A DNA stretch of 64,000 bases from positions 64,001-128,000 of the forward strand of contig CAWJTV010000041.1 of NCBI GenBank assembly GCA_963845755.1. Reading direction: 5' to 3'. Shown piece after piece: positions 1 through 10,860 of this stretch; positions within the stretch are counted from its first letter, which is position 1; each line of letters opens with the position of its first letter. Both the position numbers and the translations under genes were made by a program. The notes below the pieces were generated by a model. The model had not been told where the DNA came from, ran no database searches, and saw nothing but the letters and a program-made list of their open reading frames with translations. The stretch comes from an uncultured Planctomycetota bacterium. GTDB taxonomy: Bacteria; Planctomycetota; Planctomycetia; Isosphaerales; Isosphaeraceae.

Positions 1-3000
1 ACCGAGCGGATTGCTGACGAGCAGGTCGGGATTACCGTCATGATTAATGTCGGCGATCGCCAGGCCGTCCGGATCGGTGCCGGCATCGTAGACCACCGGA
101 GGCAAGAAACCGCCATGGCCATTGCCAAGCTCGATATCCACGCCATTGGCGGTGAGAATTGCGAGATCCAGGATGCCGTCCTGGTTGAAGTCGGCCAGAC
201 GGATCACACGTGCGGGCTCCTGGGTCGGCGACGCGACCGGATTGGCGAAGCGGCCCTGTCCCAGGCCCTCGAGAACGTCGAGCATGTTCGAACCCGGGTT
301 GATCGTCACCAGGTCGGTCGGCCCGCCCGCGATGAGTGACCCGGCGGCCACGCCCGCAGTGTCTTCCAGGCTGAGCACCTCCGGTGAACCGCCGGACTCG
401 TCGATGCTGGAAATGCCGGCCCCGGCGCGATAGATCGTCGGCGCGGTGAAGGTCCCGTTGCCCTGGTTACGGAGGATGCTCACCTGGCCTGTGACCTGGT
501 TGGTGACGACGAGGTCGAGTATCCCGCTCCCCGTGGTATCGACGGCGGCCACGTCGGAGACGCCCAGGCCGGTCGTGAGAATCACGGGTGCCAGGAAACT
601 CGGTGGTAAGAACTGGGGATTATAGGGGCCGGTCAACCCACCTTGGTTGAGCGTGGTGCCCAGGTAAACCGAGAGCGTGCCGTCGCCGGCATTGCGGACG
701 ACCAGGTCGTCCAGGCCGTCCCCGTTCAGCTCGGCCGAAAGGATCTGCGCCGGGAGCTGGCCGGTGGTGAGCGAGCCGTCCAGCCGGACAAAGCTGCCGT
801 CACGCCACGCGTAGAAGGAGATCGCATTGTCCTGGGAGTCAACGCTGGCGATCAGCGGGCCCTGATCGGTCTTTGGGAGGTATGCGATACCGCGCGATGG
901 GAAGCCCGGATTGATCGCGATGGGGGGAGCAAACGAAGTGGAGCCCTGAGCGAGTCCCTGGCGATACAAAATGTCGCCGGCCGCGTCGATCACCAACGCA
1001 TCGTCGATGCCGTCGCCATTGATGTCGGCTACCACGGGTGTGTTATCAGGCGCGGTTGCAATCCAGTTCGCGGTCGTAAACGTGCCGTCGCTGTTGGTGA
1101 GCAGAACGGGAATCGTACTGGGGTCGGGACTGATGGCGGCCAGGTCGAGCCGACCGTCCCCGTTGAAGTCGCCCGCCACCAAATCATCGACGTAAGCCCC
1201 CACCCCGAACGTTTCCGGATCCTGGAAGGTGCCGTCGCCATTGCCCATCAGCACGGACACGGTCTGTAGGTAACCGTTGGCAATGGCCAGGTCGAGCCGG
1301 CCCTTCCCGTTGAAGTCCCCCGTCACCAGGGATCCGTTCGCGCCTCCCGTCCCGTAAGTAACCTGGGGCTCGAATGTACCGTCGCCATTACCCAGCAGTA
1401 CCGACACCGTGCCGCCGTACTGGTTGTCGACGGCGAGGTCGAGCGGGCCGTTGCCGGTGAAATCGCCGGCTACGATGGCGTTCGGGTCTTCGCCTACGTG
1501 ATAAGTGACCTGGGGCTGGAAGGTGCCGTTCCCATTGCCTATCAGCACGGACACAGTTCCGTCAACCAGGTTGGCGACGGCGAGGTCGAGCGGACCCTTG
1601 CCGGTGAAATCGCCGGCAACGATGGCGTCCGGGCCTTCGCCCACTGGATAAGCGACCGCGGGCTGGAAGCTGCCGTTGCCATTGCCCAGCAACACCGACA
1701 CCGTGTCGTCGCCCTGGTTGACGACCGCGAGGTCGAGTCGGCCGTCGCCCGTGAAGTCACCCGCCACGATCGCGTCCGGGAAAGAACCCACCCCATAAAT
1801 CAACTGGGTCTGGAAGGTACCGTCGCCATTACCCATCAGAATCGACACGGTCCCGTCGCCTTTATTGGCGACGGCGAGGTCGAGCCGTCCGTCTCCGTTG
1901 AAGTCGCCCGCCACCAGGGCACTCGGCTGGTCGCCCACCGCGAATTCGCCCTGTTCCTGGAAAGTGCCGTCGCCATTGCCCAGCAGCACGGAGACCTCGT
2001 TCGTGAGAGCGTCGGCGGTCGCCAGGTCGAGTCGGCCGTCACCGTTGAAGTCTCCCTCCACCGAAGAATTCTGAGGGAATGCCAGCGGAATCTGATCCGC
2101 GGCCTGTCCGTAGAAGGTGCCGTTCCCGTTGCCCAGTAGTAGGGAGATATTGTCGGAGTAAGCATTCGAAATGGCCAGGTCGAGACGGCCGTCGCCATCG
2201 AAATCACCCGCCACCAGGGCGCTCGCCCCGTTTCCCGCGGCGAACCGTTGTTGAGGCTCGAAGGTGCCGTTGCCATTTCCCAGCAGCACGGAGACGTCAT
2301 TGGAATAGATGTTGGCGACGGCGAGGTCGAGCCGGCCGTCCCCGTTGAAATCCTCGGCCACCAGGGCGCTCGGGCCGTTTCCCGTCGCGAAAGTGACCTG
2401 TGGCTGAAACTTGCCGTGGCCATCGCCGAGTAGCAGGGAGATGTTGTTGGAACCGGAGTTGGCGACGGCCAGATCCAGGTGGCCGTCGCCCGTAAAGTCA
2501 CCCGCTACGAGGGAGGTGGGGGACGACCCTACCGGGTAGGTCACCTGGGGTTGGAAGACGCCATATCCATTATTGATCAACACCGATACCCTGTCGTCGC
2601 CTTGGTTGGCGACGGCGAGGTCGAGCCGACCGTCGCCGGTGAAGTCACCCGCCACGATGGAGCTCGGGGACGGCCCCACATCATAGGTCACCTGAGGCTG
2701 GAAGGTGCCGTTGCCATTGCCCATCAGGACGGACACGGTGCCGTCGGACTGGTTGGCGGCGGCGAGGTCGAGCCGACCGTCGCCATTGAAGTCACCCACT
2801 ACCAGGGAGTCTGGTCCATATCCGACCGTATATTGCTCTTGGATCGGGAAGCTGCCGTCGCCGTTGCCCAGGAACACGGAGACGGTGTTGGAGAACGAGT
2901 CGGCGATGGCCAGGTCGGCGTTGCCATCACCATTGAAGTCGCCGCTAATCAATGCGAGCGAGTTCCCAGACGGGTTGTAAGTGATCGGGGGATTCTGGAA

Positions 3001-3609
3001 CGTCCCATCCCCAGTTCCCAACAAGAGGAGGTTGGGCGTTGCGAGGTCGGGGATCCCGTCGCTATTGAAATCGCCGAGGGCGATCGGTTCGAAGTAGGGC
3101 GATCCATTTTCCACCTGCTGGAAGGGCTCAGTCGTCGGTGTGAGTGACGTCGTCAGGGCATAGTCACCCGCGCCGCCGGTACTCTGCACTTCGAGGTAGT
3201 AGGTCCCCATCGTGAGATGCGTCTGGATCAGGTCCTCGGGATTGTCGGTTGAAAGACCGTCGCTCTGCATGAGCAACTGACCTTGAGAGTCCAGCAAGGA
3301 GAGTCGTGCGGTGATGTCGTCGGGGTGGACATTGGCGATCAGCAATCCATCGGCGGGCGTGTTGATCTGGAAGAAATCGAGGTCCTCATTCCCGGCGAGG
3401 TGACCCGATTCGGTCGTCGCCCCCACCGACGACACGGGGATCACGATGGCCTGCGCGAGCTCGCTGGACATCGCGGGAGGACCGGACGAGAGCAAGGTGC
3501 GATCCTCGAGCCCGAGGACTCCGGGGGCGTAGCAGGCCCGGCACCGTGTGCGCGAGTAGCGCGGGTCGTCCCGGTTCTTTTTGGGGCGCGAGGGTCTGGG
3601 AGAAAACAT
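1..3609 (-). CDS. Large secreted FG-GAP/VCBS-repeat protein, partial (3' end runs off the window)
   Basis: ATG at 3609 gives MFSPRPSRPKK...GVLGLEDRTLLS, the planctomycete LE(P/D)RxLL motif. It is followed by more than 12 repeats of GDFNGDGRLDLAVAN...VSVLLGNGDGTFQ. The same frame reads AIADINHDGNPDLLVSN at position 60. Absent from the ORF track, consistent with no stop inside the window. Confidence 0.9.
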   Translation of the reverse strand, partial: MFSPRPSRPKKNRDDPRYSRTRCRACYAPGVLGLEDRTLLSSGPPAMSSELAQAIVIPVSSVGATTESGHLAGNEDLDFFQINTPADGLLIANVHPDDITARLSLLDSQGQLLMQSDGLSTDNPEDLIQTHLTMGTYYLEVQSTGGAGDYALTTSLTPTTEPFQQVENGSPYFEPIALGDFNSDGIPDLATPNLLLLGTGDGTFQNPPITYNPSGNSLALISGDFNGDGNADLAIADSFSNTVSVFLGNGDGSFPIQEQYTVGYGPDSLVVGDFNGDGRLDLAAANQSDGTVSVLMGNGNGTFQPQVTYDVGPSPSSIVAGDFTGDGRLDLAVANQGDDRVSVLINNGYGVFQPQVTYPVGSSPTSLVAGDFTGDGHLDLAVANSGSNNISLLLGDGHGKFQPQVTFATGNGPSALVAEDFNGDGRLDLAVANIYSNDVSVLLGNGNGTFEPQQRFAAGNGASALVAGDFDGDGRLDLAISNAYSDNISLLLGNGNGTFYGQAADQIPLAFPQNSSVEGDFNGDGRLDLATADALTNEVSVLLGNGDGTFQEQGEFAVGDQPSALVAGDFNGDGRLDLAVANKGDGTVSILMGNGDGTFQTQLIYGVGSFPDAIVAGDFTGDGRLDLAVVNQGDDTVSVLLGNGNGSFQPAVAYPVGEGPDAIVAGDFTGKGPLDLAVANLVDGTVSVLIGNGNGTFQPQVTYHVGEDPNAIVAGDFTGNGPLDLAVDNQYGGTVSVLLGNGDGTFEPQVTYGTGGANGSLVTGDFNGKGRLDLAIANGYLQTVSVLMGNGDGTFQDPETFGVGAYVDDLVAGDFNGDGRLDLAAISPDPSTIPVLLTNSDGTFTTANWIATAPDNTPVVADINGDGIDDALVIDAAGDILYRQGLAQGSTSFAPPIAINPGFPSRGIAYLPKTDQGPLIASVDSQDNAISFYAWRDGSFVRLDGSLTTGQLPAQILSAELNGDGLDDLVVRNAGDGTLSVYLGTTLNQGGLTGPYNPQFLPPSFLAPVILTTGLGVSDVAAVDTTGSGILDLVVTNQVTGQVSILRNQGNGTFTAPTIYRAGAGISSIDESGGSPEVLSLEDTAGVAAGSLIAGGPTDLVTINPGSNMLDVLEGLGQGRFANPVASPTQEPARVIRLADFNQDGILDLAILTANGVDIELGNGHGGFLPPVVYDAGTDPDGLAIADINHDGNPDLLVSNPLG

Positions 3610-3670
3610 CGGGCGGCCTCCAGTTGATTCTGCAAGCCATCCTGAGCGCGGACTCTCTCTACCCTTGCTA

Positions 3671-6600
3671 TCAAGATTTCGGCCGAGAACCCGTCGGAGA
3701 AATGGACGGACCGGGCGGCAACACGGACCTCAGCCGGCGGTGAATGATGGCCAGGTCCCGGTCTTTGAAGATATCTGCGACAAATGCGGCTCGCCGATCG
3801 ACCGGGAGGCCATTCACCGCATCCTGGAGCAGCACGACTGCGCGATCCCGGTACTGATTCGTCAGCCCCACGGCATCCTGGACCGTCTTTCGGACTTCCG
3901 AACTGGCTGCGACGGCCGCCTGGGAAAGCACCAGTGCGGCGCTGTACCTCATCTGTGCGGTCGGCTTACCAAGGCGGAGGGCCTTCTCCACGTCGGCGAC
4001 CGCCTGGCGGTACTGGCCCAGATGCACCCGGGCCGATCCCCGGCCGAGGAAAGCCTCGCTCGAGGAATCGTCGAGGTGGATGGCTCTCTCGAAGTCCCGG
4101 AACGCCAATCGGGGCGCCGCCGTCACCTGATAGAGCAAACCGCGGGCGACGAGCAAAGGGACGGAATCAGGGCACAGGGCCAGCGCCTTGGTATCATCCT
4201 CGATCGCACCGGCGTAATCCTGGCGGCCGGCCCGGGCCAGGCCGCGCAGCCTGTAGAGTTCGACCGAGGAACTGTCTCGCGCCAGCAAGGCGTCACAGGA
4301 GCTGATCACATCGTCGTAGCGCTTCAGCACCATCAGCACGTCGATGCGCAGACGGTGGGCCTCGAGATAATTCGGCGCGACCTTCAGGGCCGTTTCGCAC
4401 GTGGCGAGGGCCTCCGGCTCGCGACCCTGCTGGTGCAGCAACCGGGCGCATGTCGTGTAGTCCCGCGCCCGCACGGGATCGTTCGGAGCCGAGAGCCGGA
4501 TCGCCTGATCGAGGTCGTCCAGGGCCTGCGCCTCGTGGGCAGGAGTTGAGTCCGGCGCGCGAGCTCCACGTCGGCCCGGGCGCGGTACAAAGGTGCCAAG
4601 TCCGGCTGAAGAGCGATGGCCTGAGTAAACTCGGCGATCGCCTCATCCAGTCGGTTCTGCCGCCAGCGAACCTGTGCCAGCGCCTCATGGGCTGGAAACT
4701 GATGTCCGTTCAAGACGATCGCCGCCTGAAGGTCGGCCACGGCCTTGTTCCAGTCCCGGCGTTCGAGCCAGAAAAGACCGCGGTTGACCAGAGCCTGGTA
4801 CTTGACTTCATCGTTAGGCTGCTCGGCGAGGAGCTTCAGGGCCTTGTCGAAATCCACCTCGGCGGCATCGAGCTGAACCTGCGCCTCGGTCCGAGGCACG
4901 TTGACAGCGGGCTGGGAGTTCACCGCGGGAGAGCGGGCCAAATCAGAGGCTTGCCGGGAGGCGAGGCCGCGGAGCACGAAGAGCCCGGGGAGATCGGGCT
5001 TGATTTGCAAGCACGCAGTGAGCTGGGCCTTGGCCAGCAACGGCTCGCGGACGTACAAGTTGGATCGCGCCGCGAGGTAATGGGCCCAGAAATCGTCCGG
5101 CTTGAGCAGGAGTGCGGCGTCGAACTGCTGTTTGGCTGCGACCCAATCGCGGCGCTGGTATCGCTCCTGTCCAGCGAGGAAATGATCGAATGCCGTCGTC
5201 GGCGGAACGCGGACGGCCGCACGGCGTTCCTGTTCGGCTCCCGTCGCATCCCCCAGACGGCTGAGACAGGCGCCGCGACGCAGATGGTACGCCCGGGTGG
5301 GAGGATGCCGTTGGGCAGCCTGGTCCAGGAAATGCAGGCCCTGGTCGGGCTGCTCCGCCGCCTCGGCCAGGACCAGGAGAAGGACATAGGAACCGTCGCG
5401 GATCTCGTCGCACTGCGGCTGGGACAGGCTCGCCGGCAAGGTGGCTGGCATCCCGGAGTCTCCGGAGCCCTGCGCCGCAAAAACGGCCAGCGCCGCACGG
5501 GCCGCACGGCGGGTTTCCTTCAGGCTGGTCAGCGCGTCCATTCCCGGGAACGGGGTATCGTGGATCAAGGCTTCGTCCCGGAGCCGCACGAATTCGCGAT
5601 ACCGCTCCTGGTCGGCGTCGCGGGCCTGCCGGTCGGCGTCGCGGCCCTGCTGCTCGTCCTGTCCTCGTGCGGCTTGAGCAAGCAACGCTTCGGCCTGCTG
5701 ATGAAGGTCGACGAGCTGCGGTTCTTTGAGCGACTGCCAATGAGCCTTGTTGAGGACCTCCTTCGCATCGCCCCACTTCTCTTTCGCGAGATATTCCTGG
5801 CCACTCAGGAGTGATAGAAAGACTATGCGGCGCACCTGCTCAACGCGCAGGTCCTCCGTCCGCATGAGCCAAAATCCCACCCCACTCAGCGTCAGGGCCG
5901 CCACCAGGCTCAGCGCCGTGAGCGTGGCCGCCACAGGCCGGCGCCTGGCCCATTTCCGACCGCGTTCCCACCATCGTATGGATCGAGCCTTGATCGCCTC
6001 GCCGTTGAGATAGCGCTCCAGGTCGTCGGCGAGTTCACTCGCGGAGGCGTATCGCCTGATGGGTTCCTTGGAGAGGCATTTCAGGCAGATGGTTTCCAGG
6101 TCGCGCTCCAGGCGTGGGACCAGGCGCGTCGGGGGGACCGGATCCTCGTCGACCACCTGGCGTACGGTCTCCACGGGCGTTTCCCCTTTGAAGGGTGGGC
6201 GTCCCGTGAACATCTCATAGAGGATCGCGCCCAGCGAGTAGACATCGGCGGCCGGGCCGACGTCTCGGGCGCGGCCCCGCGCCTGTTCGGGGGCCATGTA
6301 GCTCGGCGATCCCATGATCATACCGGATTCCGTCGGCGTGTTCGACGACTCCAATCGCTTCGCCAGGCCGAAGTCGCTGATCTTGGGAACCCCGTTGGAA
6401 GTGAACAGGATATTCGATGGCTTGAGGTCGCGATGAATGATCCCCGCCTGATGCGCGGCGTGAATGGCCCGGGCCAGCGTGACCATCAGCTCCGCCGCGC
6501 TCCTTCCCGGCTGCGGCGTCCGCGCGAGTCGATCCGCAAGGCTGCCGCCGTCGAGTAATTCCAGCGCCAGGAACGGACGATCGCCGGCCGTACCGATGTC

Positions 6601-7593
6601 GTAGATCTGGAGGATGTGCGGATGGCGTAGCTGAGCGATCGTCTCGGCCTCGATGCGGAATCGCAAGAACTGATCGGGGCGGTCGCTGGAGGTCCCGCGG
6701 ATCATCTTCACCGCCACCAGGCGATTCAGGCCCACCTGGCGGGCTTTGTAGACCACTCCCATGCCACCTTGGCCCAGCTTTTCGAGGAGGACATAGCCCG
6801 GGATCCACATCCTCAGGGGAGAAACCGTCCCGGCGCGGCTTCGCGCTGGGTAATGCTGGGGATCACTCGTATCGTGGGTTGAGTCGGGATCTCTCGAACC
6901 CGGATCGTGAAAGTCACGTTCCGTACTCTCGAGGTCGGCCGTACTGATGGATTCCAGGACGGTTTCCAGAACCGGATCGCGTGTTGCTCCGGGATCCGAG
7001 AATGGCTCTCGGCAGCCGGACATCTCCTCGGTCGCCTCTCCGGGCGCATCGATCAAGTCGATCGCGGTAAGGGTGGCCGAATCCTGGGTTTTTGGCCTCG
7101 CGTCCAGGGTATAGCTGGCCGCGAGCAGGTCCTGGTTCCGGATCCACTGAGTCGTCGACACCCGGAAATACGGCCGACGATGATCGATCTCCTCGTGAGC
7201 CGAGATCCCGGTCGGGCCACGCCAAGGCGATCGCCCGCTGTGAATCGGGAGGAGCGGTCCGGCAGTGATCGAGAGCGTCGCCGAAAACCCACCTGAGCAC
7301 TCTGTCGCGCACTCATACATGGCAGCATCGATGCCGCTAGAATCCTGGGGAAAGCGCCTTTGGTAGTCGTCGGCCGTGGGATTCTCGCCGGCTTCACGGC
7401 GCAGTTCCAACTCGACAGCGAGCAATTCCCAGAACAGGGTCTTGCGATCCGGCCGCGGCCAGGCGGCCACATAATCTTCGATCCTGGGCGACTCACCGGC
7501 GCGCCAGGCGACCTCGAAGCGGTCACACGCGGCGTCGATGAGGTAGAGGGTCGACAACTCCCAGCTACACTGACTCCCATTATCGCGGGTCAT
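3671..7593 (-). CDS. Hanks-type Ser/Thr protein kinase with TM segment and C-terminal TPR repeats (frameshift near 4.5 kb)
   Basis: LGQGGMGVVY, VAVK, HRDLKPSN, DFGLA and APE motifs; TM segment VAATLTALSLVAALTLSGVGFWL; TPRs continue in ORF 3671..4474. Start taken at MTRDNGS (7593). Confidence 0.9.
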
Positions 7594-7688
7594 GGTCGGC
7601 TCCCGTCCCCACTTGGCGGACTCGGCCCGCCCGAGGGTCACTCTACCGTGTTATCTCCAAATGCACCCCGAAGTGTGACACGAGGCAT

Positions 7689-8287
7689 TCAGGAGAGTTC
7701 ACCGCACCATTCGCGGCGGATCAATGCGAGCTTGCGTTGCACGGCCCGTCGCGTGCATCCCAGTCGAGCCGCCACCTCGTCGGCCGTGTAGCCCTCGAGC
7801 TTCCAGACGGCGACTCGTCGGAGCGTCTCGTTGGCCAGGGACTCCAGACGATCCTGGTATTCTTCGGCCAGCATGGCCGCGAACTCGGGGGTCGGTTCGA
7901 GGCCGGGCAGTTGCTCGAGACTGCTCCCGTTTTTCTCGAGCGACGCCTCGCCGTGGACGAGTCCCCCCCTCGACGTTGGGTCATCTCGTGCCGGACCTGG
8001 TCGGCGACCTTGCGCTGGGTGAGGACCACGAGGATTCGCCAGAGGTCATTCCGATCGTCCAGTCGGGGGAATCGTCCCGCTTTGACGCCGCGGCAGAAGC
8101 TATCGAAGGCCCCCAGCGCCGCGTCCTCCGCGTCGCCGACGGGTTGAGAGGCGCCTCGGAGCCGCTTGCGGGCCAGATTCACGAGTTTCTCGAAATAACG
8201 CTCCCACAGCGGTTGGGCGGCGCCGTCACCGCCCGTCTTCAAATCGCCGATCCAGGCCGTGACCGACCCCTCACTCTCGCCGGGCAT
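7689..8287 (-). CDS. ECF-type sigma factor (frameshift near 7970)
   Basis: MPGESEGSVTAWIGDLKTGGDGAAQPLWERYFEKLV...DAEDAALGAFDSF. Region-4 HTH LEGYTADEVAARLGCTRRAVQRKL lies in ORF 7689..7874. Confidence 0.88.
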
Positions 8288-8684
8288 CGACTCGCCCCCT
8301 TCATGATTGGGATTCGTCTCCTGGTCGATCGTGCGACGATCTCGTGAGGAAAACGGGGAGAGAACGTGTGTATCGTTGGGATGAAACCGTGTTTGCTGAC
8401 ACTCTCCTGAGAATTCCGCAGTTTTCCCCTTATGATTAATCATCCCATCTCACGATGCCCTCCTGCAAGCCCGGGCCATGGCGAACACCGAACCGAGTTT
8501 CCGCGTATGACCGGCGACCCGAGGAGCCAGGGACCGGTCTTCGCCCAAAGCCAACCTTGCGAGATGGAGGCATGCCGTCTACGATGGCATGTTCGCCCAT
8601 TGCGGAGTGGGGACGTGTCGGAACAAAACCGGGCGGCGACATCCGGCGCGAGCGCTCCGCAAGTCCCGATCTGGCAAGGAGTCC

Positions 8685-10390
8685 ATGCAGTACAATCCCA
8701 ACAATCCGCTGATCGTGCAGGGAGATCGCACGATCCTGCTGGAGGTCGATAACCCGCTGCACGCCGAGGCCCGCGACGCGATCGCGCCGTTCGCCGAGCT
8801 GGAGAAGAGCCCCGAGCACATCCACACCTACCGCCTGACCCCCCTGTCGCTGTGGAACGCCGCGGCGGCCGGCATGTCGGCCGAGGCGATGATCCAGGCG
8901 CTGGAGACCTATTCCAAGTTCCCGATCCCCGGGAACTTACCGCCCGACCTTCGCGAGCTGGTCGGCCGTTATGGGCGGGTCCGGCTGCACCGGGTCGACG
9001 GGCAGCTCCGGCTGACCACCGCCGACCGGCCGCTGCTGGAGGAGCTGGCGCGGCAGCGTGGCGTGCGCGATTACCTGGGAGAGCGGCTCGACGAGACCAG
9101 CTTTGCCATCGACGACGCCTTCCGGGGGATACTCAAGCAAGCGCTGATCTCCGTGGGATACCCGGCCGAGGACATGGCCGGGTACACCGCCGGCGCGGCA
9201 CTGCCGTTGGCCGTGCGGAAGGTTGCGGGATCCGGCCGGCCCTTCCAGGTCCGCGATTACCAGGAGGGGGCGGTCGCGGCTTTCTACGCCGGTGGAGACG
9301 CGCGCGGCGGCTCGGGCGTCATCGTCCTTCCCTGTGGCGCCGGCAAGACCATCGTCGGCCTGGCGGCCATCGCGGCGCTCCAGACCGAGACCCTGGTCCT
9401 GACCACCAGCACGACCGCCGTCGAACAGTGGAAGCGGGAGATCCTCGATAAGACCGACATCAAACCGGAACTGGTCGGGACGTATACCGGCGATTCCAAG
9501 ACGCTGGCGCCGGTGACCCTGGCGACCTACCAGATCGTGACTTATCGGCCCAAGAAGGACGGCGACTTCCCGCACTTCTACCTGTTTCAGGAACGCGATT
9601 GGGGGCTGATCATCTACGACGAGGTCCACCTGCTTCCCGCGCCGGTGTTCCGGATCACGGCCGATATCCAGGCCCGCCGCCGGCTGGGCCTGACCGCGAC
9701 CCTGGTCCGCGAAGACCACCGCGAGGAGGACGTCTTCAGCTTGATCGGCCCCAAGAAGTACGACGTGCCCTGGCGCGTGCTCGAGTCCAAGGGCTGGATC
9801 GCCGAGGCCCAATGCCACGAGGTCCGATTGAGCCTGCCCGGTCCGTTGCGGATGGAATACGCCCTGGCCGAGTGGCGGGAGAAATTCCGCCTGGCCAGCG
9901 AGAACCCGCTCAAGGATGAGCTGGTCGCCACACTGCTCGATCGCTTCGATGCGCCGGAGGACCGGGTCCTGGTCATCGGCCAGTACCTCAGCCAGGTGCG
10001 GCGGATCGCCGAGCGGTTCGAGGTCCCGCTGATCACGGGCCAGACCCCCAACTCCGAGCGCGAGGAGCTCTACGACAAGTTCCGCCGCGGCGTCCTGCGC
10101 CGGCTGGTCCTCTCGAAGGTCGGCAACTTCGCGATCGACTTGCCCGATGCCAACGTGATGATCCAGGTCTCGGGCACCTTCGGCAGCCGGCAAGAAGAGG
10201 CGCAGCGGCTCGGGCGGATCCTCCGTCCCAAGGACGGGGAGCGCCCGCGCGGTTCTATACGCTGGTCAGCCGCGATACCCGCGAGATGGACTTCGCCCAC
10301 CACCGTCAGCTCTTCCTGACCGAGCAAGGATACAACTATGAGATCCTCGATGAGGCCGACGTGGCCGAGCATGGCCTGGCACAGCCGTGA
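8685..10390 (+). CDS. xpb: DNA repair helicase XPB/Rad25/Ssl2 family (frameshift near 10245)
   Basis: N-terminus PLIVQGDRTILLEV...FAELEKSPEHIHTYRLTPLSLWNAAAAG; Walker A LPCGAGKT; DEVH; GLTAT; QRLGRILR. The C-terminus FYTLVSRDTREMDFAHHRQLFLTEQGY lies in the shifted frame and ends TGA at 10390. Confidence 0.95.
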
Positions 10391-10440
10391 GCGGCCGTCC
10401 GGGGATCCTCGCCCGTAAGACCATCCCGCCGCGCGCACCT

Positions 10441-10571
10441 GGGGGATTCCGGATTCCCGATTCCGGATTCCGGATTCCGGATTCCCGATTCCGAATTCCG
10501 GATTCCCGATTCCGGATGGGATGATTTCGGATTGTGGAATCGGGAATTCTTGAATCGGGAATTCTGAATCC
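10441..10571. repeat. Inverted heptamer arrays (GGATTCC-type, then GGAATC-type)
   Basis: About 10 tandem ggattcc/cgattcc units followed by complementary ggaatcg/ggaattc units, between xpb and the next gene. Confidence 0.85.
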
Positions 10572-10623
10572 CTGTTTGATCGCGGAACCGTCGCGTTTGA
10601 CTCGAACCGGAAATTTGTAAACC

Positions 10624-10847
10624 ATGACCCGACCACACGGCCGAATCCCGGTGAAACTCCACAAGTGCGTGACCCTGATTCGCACCGCCGAGCCGGTGCT
10701 GGCCGAAGAGCTGCTGGCGCGGAAGTCGTTGCGCGCTGGGTCCTGGGCCGACTCTCCGATACGGTGCTCCTCGTCCAGCCGGACGAGTCGGATGCGGTGA
10801 TCGAGGAACTTCGCAAGATGGGGCACACGCCGCGCGTGGTGCGCTGA
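10624..10847 (+). CDS. Small (~74 aa) protein, TFIIH p8/Tfb5-like fold suspected (one-base frameshift near 10731)
   Basis: Restoring one G at ttg(g)cgcgc gives MTRPHGRIPVKLHKCVTLIRTAEPVLAEELLARKSLARWVLGRLSDTVLLVQPDESDAVIEELRKMGHTPRVVR. Codon usage is GC3-rich and the gene sits between two operon genes. Confidence 0.7.
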
Positions 10848-10860
10848 AGGGTCCTTGCCC

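Noticed and set aside
643..3147. Several repetitive plus-strand ORFs (LEGAVAIAQQH...)
   Set aside because: Antisense reading of the FG-GAP repeats.
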